A stretch of 48,966 nucleotides of DNA, taken from positions 1 through 48,966 of the forward strand of contig JALJEE010002193.1 in NCBI GenBank assembly GCA_023231475.1, given 5' to 3'. The notes below the pieces were generated by a model that did not search any database, had not been told where the DNA came from, and worked only from the letters and a program-made list of their open reading frames with translations. The stretch is from Seison nebaliae (Eukaryota). Shown here one piece after another: positions 35,773-48,392 of the stretch. A program made the position numbers and the translations under genes. Positions within the stretch are counted from its first letter, which is position 1, and each line of letters opens with the position of its first letter.

Positions 35773-38307
35773 CGAAATGAAAATCTAATATTATATTATT
35801 TTTTTCCTTTTTCGATTTTTCCTTTTATTCATCGTATTTCAAATTCTGTACAGAGATATTTGGTACGACCACAAACTTTTTCTTCAAAAAATTAATAAAA
35901 CACTTCCCACTGCACTGCCATCTCTCTCATAATCGAACAACTGGACTCGCTGGCTGTCTAAACGGAAGTATAACTTTCTTACGACTCATAAATTCATCGC
36001 ACAACTTCCTATCTATCTGAAATAGGCGGTTGAGAACGTTACCGTTGACGACGCGCAAATCAATAATTGGAACTTCCAATTTGGAAGGCGAATAATCTTC
36101 AGACAGCCAATAAATAGCTAGTAAGGGAAAGGTAAGTAAAATTATTGAAATTTAAGTTGAACTAAATTGAACGAAACGTGAGAAATGGAGTTTGTGCTGA
36201 TGAAATTGTGAAGTTAAGTTGTTCGGAATTGTGCTCAGAAATTTCTCACATTTTCTCGACTTCAATTCCTACATCAACTTTATTTGTTAAGTAACGACTT
36301 TCTAACGTCGACAGAACAATTGAACAATAGAGAAACTGTTTAGTTCGGAATAGTTGTCAGCGCAACTGTCTAGCATAAAAGTGAGCGACCGATTGTACAG
36401 TTTGCATGTTTCCTACGCAAATTTCACTCGAAGAATTAGCCTCCTCGTCGTGAATGAGATATAGTTTATTGAAAGTCTTACCTTATTAATGAGTATTGTA
36501 AAACTAGAAATATATCAATTGGTTCAATAGAAAAGTAGTTTTATTGCTTTGGAAGTTTATATATTCATTTATATACTACAACTACTTTTTGTATAACTTC
36601 GTCTTTGTCTTCTTCCATTCGACAAACGATAAAGGAGAGAACGAAACATAGAATAGTTTCATTTGTTGCAAAGGACAATTGGAGACGATTTATTAATAAT
36701 AATTAATTACTTCATTCCATCTAATCAAGTTATACATATTTAGTTAATGATTTATTGTTGTTGTAAAAGAGCAAATTTTGCAACTAACAAGTTTTTATTA
36801 TATTTCCTCCGTTTGGTGTCAAGAATGAGAGAAAGGAATGGTATTTTTGTTCACCTGAAATTCATTTAAATTACGAAACGGATTTCCTCCAGTTTCTTTG
36901 CTTCTTCTCAATTAAAAACAATTAGTTCTTTTCCTCGAGATTCTGGAAAATATGCAACTTAATGATGAGAGTTTTAACGACGATGATAAGTATCAATTAA
37001 TCTAATTAAAATTTCATTAGAATTATATCAGAGTGCCGACGGCAGATATGTTGCGTAATTAAACGTAGTGACCGTCCATGTATGTTATTTCATGAATATT
37101 ATTAGTGTTTGTTCTGAAGAAGGAAGATTTCTCTCGATTATAATAGGAAGTTATTCTTATGGAAATTGAAGATAAAAAGAAAGGAATTCTCTGCACTTTT
37201 TCTTCTTTATGTGCACAATGTACTTGGTTCGTGTGTTTGGAAGAGGAGGAAGATAATTAATAATTATTTTTGATTTGTTATCGAATTGATCATACACATA
37301 ATACGTCAATCACCTATCGTCATGTTGGAGTGATGTTCTATGAACGGAATAAATTGTCGATAATAAATTTTGGTGCACAGAAGAAGAAGTAGTAGAAAAG
37401 ATACATCCGACTGGGAAGCACAAGCGAAATGTATACATGACAAGAAGAAACTGGGAGAGAAAGTGCAAACACATTATTAGTATTTCAGCCTACTATACGC
37501 GAACATGAACATAACTCGATTCCTTTTTTCCTAGAAACTAATACATTCCAATAACATTTCTAGTTGTTGTTGTCATTCCTTTTCTCCTGACGAAATAATA
37601 TTACGAACGAAAACTTTCCATTTCGTTTCACCTTTCATCCCAAATAATATACAATTAAAAGTGATACTCTTAAATTTGACCGGGTTCATGTTCGATATTC
37701 AAATTATTTCAAAGTGAATAATATTCCTATTACTATTATTAGGCGCCTGACGTTCGTTTTCAGAAGAAGATTTTATTTCATATTAGAGAAGTAGTTTCGA
37801 TTATTTTTGGACGGGAGCGAAGGTTTAAATCCATCATAATTCCTCGTTCTATTCTGTTTATCTAACCAAGTTGAATGGGTAGACAATCATCTAGAATAGA
37901 TGGTGAGGGAAGGTATGCGTAATAATCGTTTTTAACACTTTCCATCTTTATCATTTCCACCATAAGAATAATAAGCATCCATCTTCCAACATTCTCCTAC
38001 CAAACATAATAATTATCTCGTACATAAGTCCTCCTAATGGAATTATGGCGTCATGTATTCCAAATTAATATTAGACATTGAAAATAAGTGATGATTCTGG
38101 TCCACCATTATTTCCTATCATTATTCCTATTATATTTATTATATCTTCCATTTATTTCTCCCAATGAAACAGTTCCATATTTTTTTATCGTCGCTCTCCT
38201 TCTAATACATCCCATACAAATGTAAATGACATCTTTCAATTCAATTTCTTCTGTCCTTAACGAGCAATAATTCGAAAAAAATATATCTATTTTAATGAGT
38301 AGTAGTC

Positions 38308-39185
38308 ATGGACGAAAAGAACATCAGCGAAACGACGACAACTAGCAAGAAAGGAGAACAAATCAAAATGAAACCAAAACTAACCGTCAACGATGTCCTC
38401 AAACTTAAACAATTCACTCCAGGTCACTTTCATTTTCTCCATTCATTCCTACTCCACTCCACACACAGATTTCCTTTGTTCTCCTGAAGAGAATGTTTAC
38501 GATATCGCCTTCTGCAATTTCTGTTTGAGAGATGCTGAAACCAATGAAATTCTCTTTCAACTATCTCCATTCGGTTATTCTTTTCTCCTTCCAAACAACG
38601 TCAAATTTTTTTCCTTTTCCTAGTTGTGGCTGGTGATAGTAGTGAGGAAAATATTCTTGGCGATCATGCTCCCGAAGGTAACATTGCCCGCTTCTCAAGT
38701 GAAACATCTGACCGATACATTCATTATGTTTTTGATGCCGCCATATTACGCAAGAAGATTATTGGAACTACGTTATATATTTCTCTAAACTCGACGTAAT
38801 TGTGAAAATATTTTCTAGAGTGGAATTTAGTGTGGGAGAGCGACCACTGAAAAATTTCGCGATGATAGAAAGACATTATTTCAAGAATGAAATGATTAAA
38901 TCGTTCCACTTCAACTTCCCCTTTTGTATACCCAACAGCCATAACGCCTGTGAACACATCTATGAAATGCCTCAACTTTCCAGTAGAAAAGGTTTCTTCA
39001 TTTTTCTTCTTCTTCTTCTCTAGATTGATTGTGTGTTCTCATTTTATAAAATTTTAGTTGAAGAAATATTGAAAACGCCAAATGGAGTCAAAAGTGATAG
39101 TTTCTACTTTGTGAATGATGAATTAGTTATGCATCACAAAGCTTCATACACATACGTCGATTATAGTAAAAGGAAGACGGGTTAA
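38308..39185 (+). CDS. unc-119: UNC-119 homologue (acyl-binding carrier, PDE-delta fold), 222 aa
   Basis: Exons 38308-38422, 38469-38573, 38624-38771, 38819-38991 and 39058-39185 join in frame. Motifs FLCSPEENVYDI, TVEFSVGERP..NF.MIERHYF, FPFCIPNS.N.CEHIYEMP and SDSFYFVNDELVMHHKASY. Confidence 0.95.
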
Positions 39186-39823
39186 TCCGATGGGATTTAA
39201 TACAAAGAAAATCAACAAAAATTGAAAGAGTTACGATGATTAAAGAATTATCTAAAAGAGAAGATTATAGAAGTAGAATGTGAATTAGGAAAAATTACAA
39301 ACTTACTAATTTCGACAAACATTTTACATTATCGAAATGAAATAAAATAATAATTTATGTCTTTTATCATTCATATTTCGTTCCTTCAAACAATTTCCCC
39401 ATCCTTCAATGGAACCATAAAATACCAACATTTCTATATATGCCAACCGGATAACTCAATATTATAGATTCTTCATACTGACATGATTGATATGATGATT
39501 TAACTAACATGTAGCATGTAAATGATGAAGAATAATGTTCACTTTATTAATTTATTCATCCCAATATTTGATAGTTTATCCTAAAATTCTGATGGTTCCT
39601 ATTTTTATCCGTAAATGATTATTTGATAGATATAAATATAAGTTATTATGGGAAGAAATCGTGAAGAAGTTTATAAATATTCTTTCAAAACATTTAGATA
39701 AATTAAAATTGAAAAAATAATTATTTTCCTAAAAATGATTCAGTTTTCGTCATTAATCCAATATCGAAATAATCTTAATTCTTACACTTCTAATATGGGC
39801 CTTCCGTCAATCACAGGTTGTTC

Positions 39824-42558
39824 TCACAGGATTTGGTTGTTTTCCAAACCTGCTCGTCTAGTTTTCTTTCCTTCGGTTACCGATACCACCTTAACTGCAG
39901 GTGCAACAGTCGTTGCCGTTCCATTTGTCTGTACTCGGGCAGCGTAGGTACCTGGACAAGGTAAATTGGGACAACTGATGATACCGAATTCACATTTACA
40001 TTTATTACATCCATCCACTTCATAGACAACGACACCGTGAGGAATCATTTGTCCATTAATCATACAATTATGTTCGGAGACATCTGAACCGTTGAAAGAT
40101 TAAATTTAAATGGAATTTAAAAAAGTTAACCGCCTTCACATTGTGGTGAGATGCAACCGATTTCTCCGTTGCGACACATGCAATTTCTCGTACATTTACC
40201 ATCGGCTGACTTTATGGTGAATTCCTGACCCGAATCATACATCATTCCATTATAGTGACAAGATTTATCGACCAATCCGACGCCACCCATACAAGGCTCG
40301 TTCGTACAAAGGAATGTTCCTTTCTGACAGAAGCAGATATTGCAACCATCAGCCGCCGTCATTACTTCTTCATGTTCATATCGAATATTCTCATAATAAC
40401 ATTGATCTGTCAATGGATTTATGGAAGGAAGTGATGAGTAGTAGAAGAACCAGTGCATTTCAATTTCGTACATTTTACTTTACCATCATCACAAGTGCAA
40501 GTGTTGCAGTCCTTGGTTGGTATGTTCAATCCATGCTTATAGACGGCGGCACCATACGTACAATCGGACAATTCCGCTATGAATGGAATGATATTAAATG
40601 AAAAAAGATTAAATTTGAACATGTGCAACAGAATTCACTACATTTCACAATTCCATTGAAACACGAACAACAATTACATGTATTAGATCCGTTATTTGCA
40701 TTTCGAACAAATTCGAGATGTTTGAGAGTTTTGTCGTTGTAGAAACAATTATTAGTTTCAGTCGGACCTTTACAACCTGTCGTCGTACATAATAAATTAC
40801 TGTTGTAACAAATGCAAGTGGTACATGATTCATCGTCCATATATTTCTGTTCTTTATGAGACATTGCACCACATCCTAATGAGAGAAGTTTATTAATTAT
40901 TCATAATTGGTTAATAATAACCCAGACATGGCAAATTGGAACACTCAACAGTTCCGTCAACACACGTACATAAGTTACATTCTAAATTGAGTCTAGGAAC
41001 GAATTGTCCATGTGCCAATGCTTGACCATTATATTCACAATTAAGTTTTCTAGGTGTCGGCATCGTTTCACATGTGACCTTCCCACAATGACATGTACAT
41101 AATAGCGTCCCATCCGCAATGATACTACCATCAGCTATCGTTTTAGTTTTATGGATACATGACGCTGAAATGGTGAGAGGGATTTTTAGTGGGTCCACTT
41201 CCTGTTTTACTAACTTGCCACGCAAGAACATGTGATGAGTCCTTGTTCGCATTTACATGTTCTCGTATCATTTTGCAACATGACTTGTTGACCTTCCATT
41301 ACTCTTTTTCCTGAGTCACACGATCCAATCGTACAATCTAAAGAGAATTGAATGAGATAAATCTTTCACATTCATCAACTAACAACACACTTTCGTCGTA
41401 CAAATAATTTGTCCATCAGTACAAGTACATTCGTTACAATCGTCACCTTTTGGAACGGTAGCATTTGGTGAGACAGTCGTTCCATTATAATGACAAATTT
41501 TACTTTGACAATTCTATTGAAATAATTTTAGAATGGAAGGAAAACCATAAAAATGTTAACCGGGTCCGGTTCGCATGCCAGATAGCCATCTTGACAAATG
41601 CAACACATACAATTTGGAAGGAAGACCTTCATTCCATGACTGATAACTTTTCCTTCATAATTACAAAGATTATATTTACATTTCAATTTAGTACATTTTC
41701 TTTCACCATTGAAACATGAACAAACATTACAACCGTCATTCAACCGAATTACGTCCAATGACGATATCACTTTACCTCGATGAGTACAATATTGTTTACC
41801 ACCCAATGAATACGTCTTTTTACGAGTACATAACACCTTCCCCGTCACACATTTACACAAGTTCGAAGCGTCACCTTTAGGCATTAGTTCCTGATTTTGC
41901 ATTATTTTTCCCCTGAAGAAACATTGACCTAAGTTTAACATTATTATTTAAATAATAATATAATATGACGATTATTAAAAAGAAAAGAATATTGAGACAA
42001 AAATATTACTTTTAGTTTGAGCACACGGCTGCTGAGCACAACTAATTTTTCGATAACTACATTGGCATTTTTGGCAACCATTTCCCGTAATGAACATTAC
42101 GTTGTTCGCCACTGTTGCTCCATTGTATTGACAATCATTCCTATAAGCGGCTGGATAACAATACGATCCGGTGTAACTGTTCTGACAAATGGATTGAGCC
42201 GGACATGTATTAGTACCACATCCACGTGTTGTCCTTATTAGTGCAGGAGATACAGCTCGTTTTCGAAGATTTGTTGTTGCACCGACTACCATGGAAAGAA
42301 TAGAAGAAATATGATTATTGGTAATATGTTATAATAACTGAAGCATTGTTTATTAGAGCAGATGACTCGACGACGAAAACAAATACATTCATTACATCTG
42401 ATCTTGAACATTTGCATTTCACGATACACTCGCGATCCATAATGACATGATGCTGAGTAACGTCTCGTTCTTGTTCTCGTCGTCTTTGTCGACGTGACAC
42501 TTCTGATGTTGTGTAATGTTGTCACGAATAAAAATACGAATGACAATAAGTTCTTCAT
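39824..42558 (-). CDS. Secreted cysteine-rich protein with ~15 truncated VWC/pacifastin-like modules (~758 aa)
   Basis: Ten exons: 42558-42339, 42285-42010, 41928-41561, 41513-41384, 41337-41215, 41164-40922, 40875-40621, 40576-40451, 40406-40131, 40083-39824; 8 of 9 introns are phase 1. Signal peptide MKNLLSFVFLFVTTL; repeated C-x-Y-x-G...C-N-x-C-x-C-x2-G-x3-C-[TS]-x3-C. Confidence 0.88.
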
Positions 42559-43946
42559 ACTAAAGAGAATCATGGAAGATTGAGTGGAAGCATCGGAATT
42601 TAAATAGATGAGAAATGTTATTTGAAGAACGAAACCATCTAACGTCATCATTAATGCGTTTCCTTTCCATAATGACCTCTATTCCATATCTTCCTCAATT
42701 ATGTGCGAAATTATTAGGAGCATCTCTACAAATCTTCACTCTCAATAATGTTCGTCAAAGAAATTTTCTAATTTATACTGTCAATATCTTTCTCAACTCT
42801 TCTAAGAGATTACTTAAATTAATATTTGAGAGTTGTACATTTCAAAATTTCACGATTCAACCCAACAGACAGATGATCAATCAAACACACTTTATGTGTC
42901 GAAGAATTGAGAGTAAAATTTCTCATGAAACTTTGTTATTCTCTAAATTGACAAGTTACCATCAGGAATTTGGATATAGAACATATTATTGATAATATTA
43001 GAAATATTATCCAAAAGGTCGTGTAATTTAAATTCTAGAAACGTTCCACTTTCCATTATTTTAATGTTGATATAGTTTGTTTCTATTATCTGTTTATTGC
43101 AAAATTAAGGTTCCAATTAAGGTCATGTATATTACTTTCTTTTGTTCGTTTCCGAACGATTTGTATTCAATAATAATCATAATCTCAATACTTTTATATG
43201 GGAATCTAAATTTAACCAATTCAACTTAAAATCGATTAATTGAGAGTGGAACAACTGAATGTCCATGTTCTAGAATGGGAACATTTTATGAAATTTAACA
43301 CTGACAATTATTAATTGTAAATAGAAGAAAATTTATCATCAACACATGTCTAAAATCATTTCATGCAGTTCATTGAATATTTTTAAACCAATTAATTGGT
43401 TTAGATAGAAGAATAGAAAGAATTTTTTCTCTAAACACTGATCATATCTATTAAGACCATTAACATTAACTCATATTATTTGGACGTCTCAACGTTGAAG
43501 ATTAAATGTACTTGATTGAATAATAATACGGGAAATTTTAAGAGGGAATATTAGTTTTTAAACATGTTATCAGGCTGATAATTATTCCACGAATTTCGAA
43601 CTCGAACTCGAGGAAAGGAATTTTAGAAAAATCGAGAAGAAGAAATTCACAATCGTTCAAATCTCACAATGTCAATAAATCCATCCTACTTTCAACTTTG
43701 AACAGTTAGGGAGGATCTCCGAATATAAATCAAAAATTAATATTCTAATATGTCTATTATCGTCTATTAATCTTTAAATTTGATCCTAAACATCACTTAT
43801 GGAATTAGTATATATATTTCGTACGATCCTGAACAAAGCCTGAATTAGTCAAATAAGAAGTTTATTAAATTCTTGTCGAAATATCTGAATTTGACTATCT
43901 TTTTTAAAGTTTATTCAATATGCGATTTGTTTTCAAAAAAATTAAT

Positions 43947-44019
43947 TGGAGATGCCGGGTATCGATCCCGGTACCTCTTACATGCTAAGCAAGCGCTCTA
44001 CCATTTGAGCTACATCCCC
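43947..44019 (-). tRNA. tRNA-Ala (anticodon AGC)
   Basis: GGGGATGTAGCTCAAATGGTAGAGCGCTTGCTTAGCATGTAAGAGGTACCGGGATCGATACCCGGCATCTCCA; cloverleaf, G3:U70 identity pair, downstream T7 Pol III terminator. Confidence 0.97.
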
Positions 44020-44825
44020 ACATATACTAATACACATCGCTACTTATATAAGACGATAATGTAGAGTATGATGTCCACATATCTTGATAGCAATCTTGTC
44101 ATTGATCGATAGTAGATAATTTATTTCAACACGTTACAAGTTCTAATTTCATCTGTTCGCATGGAGTACATTGTAGTTAATGTTCAGTTTCGTCAAAGGA
44201 ATTATTGTAATGGAATGGTGGTAACGATTTAAACATTGAAGGAAATGAAATACGTAATCGATCAATGAAGAATTTAGAAGAAGAAAATTCTAAAGTTACA
44301 AGTAAACTTGCATTGTAACAAAAGGAAGTTTGTAAGAGTAAGATAAATTACAATTTCCTTCTTCAAATTCATTGAAAACAGAAGACTGAGAATTCGTTCT
44401 CGATATTTTCACTCCAAAATTTTAATCGATGTACGTGATAGAGAAGTAGTGAAGTTCCTTTTTTGGAATTAGCGAGAAGAATTGTCGGAAGAGCGAATTT
44501 GATGAATGTTGATTAAAGACAAATAAATAAAGAAAATGACAACTTCATAATTATATTGGTCACAATATCGTAACTGTTTTATAATAAACATCAGGACGAA
44601 GGACGTCATGATGAGATTTCTTAGTACGACTCTCTATTCAATTAATTGTTTGCTCGTAACATAAACTTACAAAATTATCCACCTATCTCTCTCTCACGAT
44701 GAGACGAGTATGAGGGAGAATCTCTAGTATAAGTAACTGGACGTCCATCCCCAATAACTTCTCCTTTGAACAATTTTAAAGTTCATTTTCTTGAAGAATT
44801 TGAAATTGAATGAACCTAAAAAGAA

Positions 44826-45728
44826 ATGAGTCGGGAATTCATCAACTTTCACATTGTCATCCTACTTCTATTGATTGTGAACGAGAATAATTGTTTCATT
44901 CAATTTTCATCTTCAATTCCCCACAATGAGAGTGTCGTCAATCTCAGAAATTCTTATCAATATTATCGATCGTCATATTGTGGATATAGTAGTGTGAGAA
45001 GTGGGAAAGGTCGAATCGTAGGCGGATATACGTCCAGAGTGGGTGCTTGGCCATGGCAGGTCTATCTAACCGGATATAACTCTGGAATGAAAAGTGTTTG
45101 TGGTGGTACATTAATTAACAGTCGTTGGGTATTGACCGCTGCCCACTGTGTTCATTCGTCATTTGCCGCTGCTCCCGTTTCCGTCGTTCGATTGGGAACA
45201 AACAATATTGCATCGGGTGGTATTGTTCGAACCGTTCAATTCGCCATAACTCATCAATATTTCTCAAAGAGATTTGGTGGAAGTGTAGAACATGATATCG
45301 CCTTAATCAAACTGAGTAGTAGTGTACCGTTATCTTCTTCAATTTCGCCTGTATGTCTACCTTTCTCATCGATGATCACCAATAAACGTTATGTGACGAT
45401 TGCTGGATGGGGTCGATCGAATTCCAGATTTTTCGAAAATAATTTACAACAAGTCACTGTCCCCATTTTATCTCAATCTGAATGTCAACGACGTCTGATT
45501 GGAGTAACGACGAATATGTTCTGTGCTGGTGAGAATGGGAAAGATTCCTGTGCTGGAGATTCAGGGGGCGGTGCATTTGTACAAAGTGGCAATCTCTGGT
45601 ATCAAGTTGGCATTGTGAGTTATGGGGATGAACTATGTAGAGGACTAGGTGCTTATACGGACGTTTCCAGATATACGAATTGGATTAATAGAAATATGAA
45701 TTTTTATAATCGTAATCCACCAAAATAA
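44826..45728 (+). CDS. Secreted trypsin-like serine protease (S1A), intronless
   Basis: Signal peptide, CG...R|IVGG activation site, TAAHC, HDIAL, KDSCAGDSGG (Asp189 pocket), GIVSYG. Confidence 0.96.
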   Translation: MSREFINFHIVILLLLIVNENNCFIQFSSSIPHNESVVNLRNSYQYYRSSYCGYSSVRSGKGRIVGGYTSRVGAWPWQVYLTGYNSGMKSVCGGTLINSRWVLTAAHCVHSSFAAAPVSVVRLGTNNIASGGIVRTVQFAITHQYFSKRFGGSVEHDIALIKLSSSVPLSSSISPVCLPFSSMITNKRYVTIAGWGRSNSRFFENNLQQVTVPILSQSECQRRLIGVTTNMFCAGENGKDSCAGDSGGGAFVQSGNLWYQVGIVSYGDELCRGLGAYTDVSRYTNWINRNMNFYNRNPPK

Positions 45729-45975
45729 TTTAATTATCCATCTCCACTTCCTTTCTCTTCTCTTTCCATCATATTATTTCACATTTTCATATTATTATGA
45801 CTAATGATGCACTTTCTCCTCTCCCTTCTTTATTTTAACCATAAACCGATAATCGTGTCACTTTTCCCCATCAATGAACATGAAGAAAAAATTTGAAAAA
45901 AAAGAAAAATGTTACTTTTCAATTAATTTAGTTTAAATTATTTTCTTTCTCAATCGGTTATTCGTTTCATTTTCA

Positions 45976-46862
45976 ATGGGAATAGCAAGATCGACTCTAA
46001 CACTTAGGATTTTAGAAATCGGAGATGCTGCTTCAGGAAAGACAGCTCTCTTGCAACAATTTCTCACAGGAAAAACTAATGAAACTTACACACCTACGGC
46101 CGGTTTCCAATTAAGCATTTTGTCCAACTCTAAAAACGTAAAATTTGAAAAAAATTCAATTGTCCAATTATCGTTCTTTTCCGTTCAGGGATCGAGTTTA
46201 ATCATCTGCGTTTGATCGTTCGGGGTCGCAATTGTAAAGTACAAGTCTGGTAGTCGTTTCATAGTTTAGCTGAATGGTAGAATAACTATCGGAATTTTTC
46301 AGGGATCCATCCGGCACTGCAAAGCATCGGAGCATGCTGGACACTTATTACTCGGGTATCATGGGATACGTCCTAGTCATTGACAGAACGAAACTCGCGA
46401 GTATAAAGACATTACATAGTTGGATTGAACGAATTCATGTTTAGAAATTTCTTTGAAGAATATTGACAAACTTCTCCAAATATTAGGAACAGGTAGGTAA
46501 AGATAAGTTCAATCGAACGGTAAAAGTTGTCATGTTGACTAAAACGGATTTGAAGCCTGAAGAAGTAACCGAAGCTGAATTGGTAAAAGTTTTATTTTAT
46601 AATTTACAAATAGAAATTTCTCCTACATAGTTTTGTGATCGTTACAATATAAGTGTGATCATCAAAGGTAGTTCACTGACCTATAAGAAAGGTGATACAA
46701 AAAATCCGATTTATGTTACCATCGAGATGATAGTGCAAGTTGGTCGACTTTTTCTGTCAATTCTTCCCAAATCATCTTCCTTTCACTCTCTTGAAGCAAC
46801 ATGAATGCATTGCTATGTGCAAAAAGTACTACATGTCTGACAAATGTTGCTTAGCCCGTTGA
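45976..46862 (+). CDS. Divergent Rab-family small GTPase (199 aa)
   Basis: Exons 45976-46102, 46189-46249, 46303-46438, 46487-46588, 46631-46738 and 46797-46862 join in frame. G1 GDAASGKT, G2 PTAGIEF, G3 WDPSGT, G4 TKTD, C-terminus DKCCLAR. Confidence 0.88.
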
Positions 46863-47123
46863 TCAATTACAATAATTAACTTGTTTCTTTTTCAATTTAA
46901 ATTTTCTAATAAATAACTCCCCAATAATTGATTATAAACAATAATTCTTAAAATAAAAACATGCAGATAATTAATTAGATTGTAGGAAAATTCCTGGTCG
47001 TTTTTAAATCCATTCATTTTTTCACAAAAATTGTTTTTACTATAAGAAATACTTAACGTATAAGATTGATTTTACTATGTTTAGAAAGAGCTTTAAATTC
47101 TTTATAAGATAGTGATTTTAATT

Positions 47124-48360
47124 TTAACAATATTCTAAAAATATTTTAGAATTGAAATGATATCTGATCCCGTCGGGATAAACTTGAAAAAAGAGAAAAA
47201 AATTACAGCCATCCTCTTTATCAATAAGAAAGCGTAATTGATCGAGGGAATCGCGGTTAATAGGTAGAGTTGAGGTGGAATCGTATGTTGAGATGAAATT
47301 TTTAAAATCGCTTAGAGAAATGTTTGGAGATAACCCGTAGTATCTGACAGTGTATGTGAAAACGGAATGGGTGTGGAAAGGATGGATGTCGGAAGGATGA
47401 CTAGAGAGTGAGTCGGAATTGTTACATTTATCACGGAGTGAAAAAATACGACGACATAGAAGAATTGGAAGTGGTAGGATATTCACAGTGGCGAAAAGAA
47501 GTGAGCAGTTACATCTATGAAAACAGTGGATCATTCTCCTAATGAGCCGATTATAAGCTCGGTCCAAGGACAGAAAAGACCGATGAGAGCATTAGACATT
47601 ATTCATTAGAAAGATTATCTCCAAAGAATACAAAGGTAGCACTAGGCTCCTGAATAGTGAAAGACGGATCTTTAACGGGACGAATTTAGATTTAGGAGAG
47701 AAGGAGAAAAAAGCCCTACAGAATTTGTTTCGAATACGATCGAGATCGGATGAGGAAAAGACCGCATATCGATCAGTGAGCCAAGGAAGATAGTAGAAGA
47801 AGCAAGAGGAATGTTAAAGAACGAACGATTACCGGTTGAGAGCAGGCAGCATTTCGATTCGTTAATAGTAATCCCTCTTTCAGCAAGAAGACGAGATGTA
47901 CGTAAATAGGATTTCTTCAAATCACGAAGGGAACGATGTATGATCACGAAATCGTCAGCGTATGCCATAACATGCGGAAAAAAGAAATCACCAATGGCGA
48001 TTCTATTACTTTCGTTGAGTTCGCGGAGGACGCCGTCGATAGCCAAACCAAATAACCATGAACCAAGGATCGTACCTTGACGAACTCCTGAATTAATCTG
48101 GAAATGAGTACTGGAGCAGTCACCGTGAACAACACACCCAGTGGAATTACAGGACAGATGAGCGAGAAATGTGAGGATGGGATATGAGCCTGGCTAATAG
48201 CTTGGCTCGAGCCTTGTATGTATAGGACTCTTATCATGTCTGGATTTTTTTTTCCATAATGTATGGAGGACTCGAGTCTTATCACTTTGGACTCACGGAT
48301 CATAATCACAGCACTAGTAGTCAAAAGCATAAGAAACGTGGGTGGGCAAAATTTCATCGA
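47124..48360 (-). mobile_element. Decayed, 5'-truncated non-LTR retrotransposon (LINE) RT fragment
   Basis: FQINSGVRQGTILGSWLFGLAID...MAYADDFVII...GITINESKC...IFLGS, broken by frameshifts/stops; no endonuclease or ORF1 seen. Confidence 0.88.
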
Positions 48361-48392
48361 TTAAACACATACTTAAGTAATACTTTCCATGC

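Noticed and set aside
35960..36140. U1 snRNA on the minus strand (ACTTACC...AATTTATG)
   Set aside because: Lacks the U1-70K and U1A loop sequences; ACTTACC is simply the complement of a splice donor.
46250..46302. tRNA A-box-like TAGCTGAATGGTAGA in Rab intron 2
   Set aside because: No B box or cloverleaf; likely chance.
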